Part shown: positions 58,677 through 64,000 of the stretch, in pieces | Layout: every line of letters begins with the position of its first letter | Position numbering within the stretch: the first letter of the stretch is position 1 | NCBI GenBank assembly: GCA_964397195.1 | Contig: CAYNGY010000003.1 | Location: 5,836-69,835, forward strand | Origin: an uncultured Gammaproteobacteria bacterium | Lineage (GTDB): Bacteria > Patescibacteriota > Patescibacteriia > SBBC01 > CAIJZX01 | DNA: 64,000 nt | Direction of reading: 5' to 3' | Translations under genes and position numbers: made by a program | Notes under the pieces: generated by a model | The model's database searches: none | The model's input: only the letters and a program-made list of their open reading frames with translations | Told to the model about the DNA's origin: nothing

Positions 58677-59483
58677 ATGGAGAACATCCGTTCAGGAAGC
58701 GGCCCGGTTGAAGAAGGGAAAGCAACGTTCGCATCATTGCGGGCGTGGAATTGGGCCATGTCTCTGCTCCATCTGGTGCAGGGAATCATCATGGTGGCGA
58801 TTAGTAACGCTTCGTCGTTACCGATCACGACGTCGTATTTAAAAATCGATCCGGCCAACCCGCAGTTCGGCATAGCACCGACGCCGGAAACCTGGTTTCA
58901 GTTGCGCCTCGGCCCGACCGTCGCGGCTTTCTTATTCTTGTCGGCGTTGGCTCATTTTTTACTGGCCGGGCCGCTGCGGGGGTGGTACGAACGGAATCTC
59001 GCCAAGGGGATGAATAAGCTCCGTTGGTTTGAGTACATGTTTTCCTCGTCGATCATGATCGTCGTGATCGCTATGCTGTGTGGCATCTATGATTTTTGGC
59101 TACTGGTCGCGCTCTTCGCTTTGAATGCGATTATGAACTTGATGGGCTTGGTGATGGAAGTGCACAATCAAACGACATCGACCACCAATTGGTTGTCGTA
59201 TATCATTGGGGTGGTGGCTGGACTCGTGCCGTGGGCGGCGATCATTGCCTACTTCATCGGCGCGGCGAACTCTACCGGCGTCGAGATCCCGAGCTTTGTC
59301 TACTGGATTGTCGGCACCATCTTCGTGACCTTCAATATCTTCGCGATCAACATGATCTTGCAGTATAAGAAGGTCGGGCCGTGGAAAAACTATCTCTACG
59401 GTGAACGTGTCTATATGATTATGTCGTTGGTGGCAAAATCACTCTTAGCCTGGCAAATGTTTAGCGGGACACTTCGGCCGTAA
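58677..59483 (+). CDS. Heliorhodopsin
   Basis: 7 TM; N.....LHLVQ, ALAHF, N.LRWFEY..SSS, GERVY..MSLVAKSLLAW with the Schiff-base Lys. Confidence 0.95.
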   Translation: MENIRSGSGPVEEGKATFASLRAWNWAMSLLHLVQGIIMVAISNASSLPITTSYLKIDPANPQFGIAPTPETWFQLRLGPTVAAFLFLSALAHFLLAGPLRGWYERNLAKGMNKLRWFEYMFSSSIMIVVIAMLCGIYDFWLLVALFALNAIMNLMGLVMEVHNQTTSTTNWLSYIIGVVAGLVPWAAIIAYFIGAANSTGVEIPSFVYWIVGTIFVTFNIFAINMILQYKKVGPWKNYLYGERVYMIMSLVAKSLLAWQMFSGTLRP

Positions 59484-59499
59484 CCTGGGTGTCGAGCAG

Positions 59500-59527
59500 A
59501 ACACCGGTCGTGTATGACCGGTGTTTT
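59500..59527 (+). terminator. Intrinsic terminator
   Basis: AACACCGGTC-GTGTAT-GACCGGTGTT followed by TT. Confidence 0.8.
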
Positions 59528-59553
59528 CCTTTGTGCTACACTATGATTGACCT

Positions 59554-60096
59554 ATGTTGTCTGAACATCATTTCCAAGTTCCCGATCGGGTCTTCTTTAC
59601 CTTGACGGCGGTGGTCGTCCTGGTCAGCGCCGGATTTGTTCTCTGGGCATGGCCCCTGCTCCCGACCACTTTGCCGATCCATTTTGGGTGGGATGGAAAA
59701 CCCGATGCCTATGCCGATAGCAAAGCGCTGACGGTTCTGTTTCCGTTAGCCATTCAGTGTTTGATCGCGCTCTTGGTGTCATGGGCCTACCGCCACCCGA
59801 ACTACTTTAACTACCCGACTCGGCGGCGTCTCGATACGTTATCGCTACCGGCGCAAGCCGCTTTGCGGGTTTTGGCTCGCCACCTGTTGGCGGTTGTGCT
59901 CCTGGTGGCGGAGCTGTTGTTAGCGCACATCATTGAAGGCGTCATTTTAGTCGGTCTCGGGCAGGTCGGCGCCCCTGATCCGAGCATCCTGATCTTCCTG
60001 GTCGGTTTCTTGCTGGTCTCGATCACGGTCTACTCCGTGTGGATGCGGCGCATTATTCGCCGAGGGACGGCAGATGCCCATCCGCTCCGCGGGTAG
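59554..60096 (+). CDS. DUF1648 (SdpI-like) membrane protein
   Basis: LP..LPIHFGWDGKPD, P.YFNYP, four TM segments. Confidence 0.82.
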   Translation: MLSEHHFQVPDRVFFTLTAVVVLVSAGFVLWAWPLLPTTLPIHFGWDGKPDAYADSKALTVLFPLAIQCLIALLVSWAYRHPNYFNYPTRRRLDTLSLPAQAALRVLARHLLAVVLLVAELLLAHIIEGVILVGLGQVGAPDPSILIFLVGFLLVSITVYSVWMRRIIRRGTADAHPLRG

Positions 60097-60168
60097 ACGG
60101 CGCGTTGACGGGGGACCAGGCGTGGCGCTATACTAGCGCCGTCGCTTGAGTTAGCGACGGCGCATACT

Positions 60169-61050
60169 ATGAATGTCTTTCGCTCACGAGTCGGGATCCT
60201 CTTTGCTGGCGGCACGCGGCTGTCCGGTTCAGCGCGGTTACGGCGTGGTGTTCGCCGAGCGAGTGATGTCGCGCCGTGGGTCCAAGAAATGGGGGAGTTG
60301 CTGATCCTGGCGGATATCGAGCCGATGTTTGTGCTGGCGGATGATTCGGTATCACCGCCGGAGCGGTGGCGACGAATTGCGCTCGCGATACGGCAGATGG
60401 CGCCGCGTGTTGATGGGCTAGTTGTACTCCATGAACCGATGACGGCCGATTTGACGGCGGTGGCATTGGCGGCGATGGTGACCGTTACCCCGAAGCCAAT
60501 CGTCATTGCGGTCGGGACGAATGATGGTCAAACAGGCGGCCGCTCAAATCTGATTAATGCGGTTCAAACGGCGACCGCGCATATTCCGGCGGTTCTTTTT
60601 TTACGCGGCCCACAGATTTTACTAGCGGCGAAAGCGATGGATGTGGAGATTGGGCCGAATGATACGCTCGGACGGATTGATTTTGGGGTTCGACAACTTC
60701 GGACTTTGCAGCGGCCGACGGCAGCGCGACTGCAGATGTCGCTTGAGATCGAGTCGCGTGTGGTGGTTGTCACGGCAGATACGCTCTGGGCCAGTAATTG
60801 GGCGTTCCCGGCCCAGACAAAAGGGGTTGTTGTTGTTTGGCCGAGTTCACAGCGCGTGCCAGCCGACGGCCGACTCGATTTTATAAAACGCATTCCGAAA
60901 TCAGTGCCGGTGGTCGCGAGTGGTTGGCCGACCTCTGTCCCGGTGCCGCCGACGTGGACCCGAACGATGGCGCCGGCGCAAGCGGCGATGGCGCGGTTGA
61001 TGGTCACTGCCGGGCGACGACGGTCGACCGAGCGGAGGTTGAAAACATGA
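60169..61050 (+). CDS. Asparaginase-domain protein (degenerate active site)
   Basis: FAGGT, P..W..IA..I, DGLVVLH, KPIV, SNLINAV. HGTDT is replaced by HEPMT. Confidence 0.65.
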   Translation: MNVFRSRVGILFAGGTRLSGSARLRRGVRRASDVAPWVQEMGELLILADIEPMFVLADDSVSPPERWRRIALAIRQMAPRVDGLVVLHEPMTADLTAVALAAMVTVTPKPIVIAVGTNDGQTGGRSNLINAVQTATAHIPAVLFLRGPQILLAAKAMDVEIGPNDTLGRIDFGVRQLRTLQRPTAARLQMSLEIESRVVVVTADTLWASNWAFPAQTKGVVVVWPSSQRVPADGRLDFIKRIPKSVPVVASGWPTSVPVPPTWTRTMAPAQAAMARLMVTAGRRRSTERRLKT

Positions 61051-61631
61051 TTCGCTGTTTACTGTACGTTTCGCCGGATGCCACGACCGCGCTCCAGACG
61101 ATTGGACAACGGATATATCGTTTTCTTGATCGGCCCGACATGGTCATTCTTTCGAACCTCGATCGGACCCCGGTCGTGACGACATCGGAGATGCCGTCGG
61201 TCGAGCAGATGGATATTCTGATTCTTGAAGGGACGACGAATGATGCAGATGTCGGTTTTTTGCTAGCCCATGCGATTGCCCGACGGAAACCAACGCTCTA
61301 TCTCTACGAGCGCGGGACGGTCGCTCGCGTGCTTAGTCATCTCGCGCTCCACGAGCTCCCGAGTTGGATTCACGTTGTTTCCTATCATGACGGCTCCCTC
61401 GAACGGCATATCGAAGATTTCCTGACGGCCGCCAGCGGACGAACAATCAAGCCGGCGCCGCGGATTAAATTTACGCTTCGGATTACCTCACCGATTGAAT
61501 CGTATCTTCAGTTTAAAACGTTGAACACGAAAACGAGCAAAGCGGATTGGGTGCGGGAGCAGATTGAAGGGATGATGGAGCACGACGAGGATTGGCGGCG
61601 CTATCTCAAGCGACAGCGGTCGGCCGATTAA
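61047..61631 (+). CDS. Nucleoside-deoxyribosyltransferase-like fold with possible C-terminal RHH domain
   Basis: DILILEGT...VGFLLAHA...KPTLYLY, then KFTLRI...YL......SKADWVR. Confidence 0.55.
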   Translation: MIRCLLYVSPDATTALQTIGQRIYRFLDRPDMVILSNLDRTPVVTTSEMPSVEQMDILILEGTTNDADVGFLLAHAIARRKPTLYLYERGTVARVLSHLALHELPSWIHVVSYHDGSLERHIEDFLTAASGRTIKPAPRIKFTLRITSPIESYLQFKTLNTKTSKADWVREQIEGMMEHDEDWRRYLKRQRSAD

Positions 61632-61642
61632 AAATCCCGCCG

Positions 61643-61888
61643 TTACAGTCGGCGGGTCAGGGATGGGGGACGCAGGACGACCGTCAGGACGACGATCAGG
61701 ACGAGCAGTCCGCCGATGGTGGCGAACGGCTGATGGAGCGGTTCGAACAGCCACCGCAGGGCGCTGAACGAGATGCGGCGAAGCATCTCAAAAGCCTGCA
61801 CGGCGGACGATGGCCACAGCTGCGTGACCACGGCCAGACCGAGCAAGACAGCTAGCGACCAGACGGAAAGGTGCATCCGGGCAGGCAT
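61643..61888 (-). CDS. Small membrane protein
   Basis: AAGGAGG SD before ATG 61888; two hydrophobic segments. Confidence 0.5.
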   Translation of the reverse strand: MPARMHLSVWSLAVLLGLAVVTQLWPSSAVQAFEMLRRISFSALRWLFEPLHQPFATIGGLLVLIVVLTVVLRPPSLTRRL

Positions 61889-62028
61889 GGCGCCTCCTTG
61901 GGCCACGGGTCCGGGTAGAAGCCAGTGTTCGGCGAAGAACACCGGGGTGTAGGCGTTACCCTAATCGAGTCCGGCCGGCGCGTCAAGCTCTTGACGGTCG
62001 TTTTGATTTCGGGTATCCTGCTCGGGCA

Positions 62029-62358
62029 ATGACTGATTCAAAGGCAACAGTACCAAGCGCCGTAATCGCCACCGGTGGTGTGCAATTACTCGTCTCCGTT
62101 GGCCAGACGGTTGATATGGCCTTTATGGCCGACAAAAAGGTCGGCGAGACCGTCGTTTTCGATCAGGTCTTACTGAAGACCACGCCGCTTCAAATTGGTC
62201 AGCCGCTCCTGACGGGCGCGTCGGTGTCTGGGACGATTGTGTCTCATGGCAAGACGAAGAAAGTCCGGGGCGTGAAGTTCCATAACAAGGTTCGATACCG
62301 CCGTACCTTCGGCCACCGTCAGAATTTTACGAAGGTGAAAATCGAGGCCATCGCCTAA
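62029..62358 (+). CDS. rplU: 50S ribosomal protein L21
   Basis: AVIATGG.Q, VVFDQVLL, IGQP, GHRQ.FTKVKI. Promoter TTGACG-N17-TATCCT at 61991-62019. Confidence 0.95.
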   Translation: MTDSKATVPSAVIATGGVQLLVSVGQTVDMAFMADKKVGETVVFDQVLLKTTPLQIGQPLLTGASVSGTIVSHGKTKKVRGVKFHNKVRYRRTFGHRQNFTKVKIEAIA

Positions 62359-62375
62359 GCGGTGACCGCGCGTAT

Positions 62376-62409
62376 CGCCCTTGACGGGGCGTTTTTTTGT
62401 TGGTAGCGT
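62376..62409 (+). terminator. rplU terminator overlapping a second sigma70 promoter
   Basis: CGCCC..GGGCG followed by T7. Embedded TTGACG(62381)-N17-TAGCGT(62404). Confidence 0.65.
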
Positions 62410-62414
62410 GGCAT

Positions 62415-62844
62415 GGCCCTACGCGAATGTTGGAGCGGGTACTAGGGCGCACCGCGCATGTGGTGGAGCAGTCCCCACGGCTCCATACGACCGTCAATGG
62501 TTTGCGAGCACCAGAGACCCCTTCGGGCGGATCTGACTCGTGGTAGGAGTAGTACCAGCTGACGGAAGTGACGAGCGATCTCGTCTCGGTCACACGAGGA
62601 GGGACGAGGCGTTTCACAGCATCGAACTGGTGTCTGAGGACGAGGCGGTGTCCTCACGTCGGTGTCACAGGACGGGGGTTCTGTATCCGACGCGAACATC
62701 CGCGACGTTACCGCGATAGTGTAACTTCGTGCCATAGGGATGGGTAACCCCGTGCGTCATCGCTGACAACTACCCAGCGTACACGAACCTACAGAGCACC
62801 TGGCCGGACCCAGCGCATCAAGCGCCCGGCCAGACTTTTCTTTT
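62415..62844 (+). ncRNA. Candidate large structured ncRNA (~430 nt), family not recognised
   Basis: No credible ORF, upstream promoter, at least 10 nested stems including a cUUCGg tetraloop, and a terminal CTGGCCGG/CCGGCCAG stem with a U-tract. Confidence 0.65.
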
Positions 62845-62895
62845 CGCCGCCACGATTCAGGTGTACACTAAAGGTGAGAAACTAACCGGACTCTT

Positions 62896-64000
62896 ATGCG
62901 CAAAGGCTCAACCCTCATCCCACTCGTATCGATGTTAGCTGCTCTGGCAGCTTTGCTCGTGGTGGTAGCCTGGGCGGTGACCAGTCCGATGTTCACGAAG
63001 GATAATACGGCGGTGGTGAACACAAAAAACTCCGTGGCCTGTACCGAAGAATTGAAAATCTGTCCGGATGGAAGTGGTGTCGGACGGGTGCCGCCAAACT
63101 GTGCGTTCGCGCCGTGTCCCACCACTAATACGAATGCCGCAATCAACACGAATACAACGGGTTCGGAAACGACGGCGCCAACGTCGAACACACTAACTCC
63201 GGCGACCACAATCCCGGTGACATCTTCTGCCTACATTTGGCGGGATGGCATCGTCTATATGACGTCATTGAAAGATGGACAGAGCATCACATCGTTCGCG
63301 TTACCGGTGACCGGGACGTTGAAAGCACTTGCCTATGATGCCGCATCCGGTCGGGTCGCCTATATCGCAACCACGGGTGATGTCGATGCGCTCTACTACC
63401 GTTCCTCAAAGTCAGCGACGCCGATCAAGCTTGATAGTGTCACGCGGACACACGAAAACGAAGTGCGTGAAGCAATCGCGTATACGAGCGTCGCGTTTCG
63501 TGGGGGGTCGGAAGTGATTGGGACCGTGGGTATGTGGGAAGGATGCGCTGATCGGGTTTTTCGTTTGTCGGACCATAAAAAAGTTTCCGACGCTTGGTGC
63601 GGATCTGTTGGGGTCTCACCCGACGGAAAAACATTTGTTCAGACTGAATCAAACGGCATTGCTACGGGCAATACTTTTTCCGTTGCCACGTCGTATGATG
63701 GTCCGTTTACACCGCTTGACTGGTCGACGTGGACTGGGGATGTTTCTGACGTGTATGATTCGACCGCAAAGCAGTTGAAGGCTGGTTTCACGGGCCATGA
63801 ATTCCTCTCCAATACGAAATTGATTGTGTCGGTAAACTTTGATGTCGGAGAAAATCGATTGGCGGAGGTTGATTTGGCGGCCAAGCAATTGACCCTTTTG
63901 CCGTCTGATGGCGATGTTTACTTTGCGGCGCCGAAGGTGGTGGGTGATTCGGTGGTTGTATACAATAGCAAAACCATCGGGGTCTATTCGTTACAACGAA
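62896..64000 (+). CDS. Membrane-anchored surface protein, 3'-truncated by the window (absent from the ORF track)
   Basis: MRKGSTLIP + TM, ACTEELKICPDGSGVGRVPPNCAFAPCP motif, Thr/Asn linker, TolB-like blades (VSPDGK). The frame stays open to the window end. Confidence 0.8.
   Translation, partial: MRKGSTLIPLVSMLAALAALLVVVAWAVTSPMFTKDNTAVVNTKNSVACTEELKICPDGSGVGRVPPNCAFAPCPTTNTNAAINTNTTGSETTAPTSNTLTPATTIPVTSSAYIWRDGIVYMTSLKDGQSITSFALPVTGTLKALAYDAASGRVAYIATTGDVDALYYRSSKSATPIKLDSVTRTHENEVREAIAYTSVAFRGGSEVIGTVGMWEGCADRVFRLSDHKKVSDAWCGSVGVSPDGKTFVQTESNGIATGNTFSVATSYDGPFTPLDWSTWTGDVSDVYDSTAKQLKAGFTGHEFLSNTKLIVSVNFDVGENRLAEVDLAAKQLTLLPSDGDVYFAAPKVVGDSVVVYNSKTIGVYSLQR

Noticed and set aside
62415-62844. 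Identification as tmRNA or RNase P RNA
   Set aside because: There is no GGGG..GGTTCGA..CCA tRNA-like domain, and the ANIRDVTAIV* frame lacks a resume context. AGTCC, GTGTCACAG, GGTAACCCC and ACAGAG occur in RNase P order, but the GAGGAAAGUCC motif, P4 pairing and spacing do not fit.
1-64000. CRISPR array, transposase, integrase, prophage or reverse transcriptase/DGR
   Set aside because: No regularly spaced DNA repeats, no Cas, DDE, tyrosine-recombinase or RT motifs, and no TR/VR pair were seen. The repeats in the giant gene are in-frame protein repeats.
1-64000. UGA recoding (genetic code 25)
   Set aside because: Conserved genes such as queA, tkt, rarA, manC and ftsI end at TGA at their expected lengths.

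Overview
A gene-dense, code-11 bacterial chromosome segment that looks like Patescibacteria/CPR (Parcubacteria/ABY1-like). This is an inference from the truncated dcw cluster, rplJL without rpoB, rplU without rpmA, few Shine-Dalgarno sites, Asn/Thr-rich linkers and the 'ACTxELKICPDGS' and 'EDxWxCxNGxWVxHGxP' motifs. Housekeeping genes include queA, tkt, uppS, rarA, mutM, uppP, manC, mltG, rplJ/L/U, lexA, a UvrD/PcrA helicase, mraZ-rsmH-ftsL-ftsI-murF, tag, mscL and tRNA-Pro. Accessory loci include an ArsR-YHS/CopA/ZIP metal operon, a sortase with a LATTG-tailed substrate, a 2669-aa surface protein next to a MacB-type ABC transporter, an ApbE/MsrQ-like/FNR flavinylation module and a heliorhodopsin. 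The best unexplained signals are non-coding. (1) A TTCAG-N6-TTCAG repeat lies exactly 10 nt upstream of a -10 box at three promoters, linking the flavinylation module, a secreted protein and a tRNA-like RNA. (2) An ~430-nt multi-stem RNA with its own promoter and terminator follows rplU. (3) A TTCGG-N6-TTCGG SOS box occurs at lexA, an ImuB-like gene and the helicase. No CRISPR array, transposase, integrase or prophage was seen. All calls were made by eye, without database searches.
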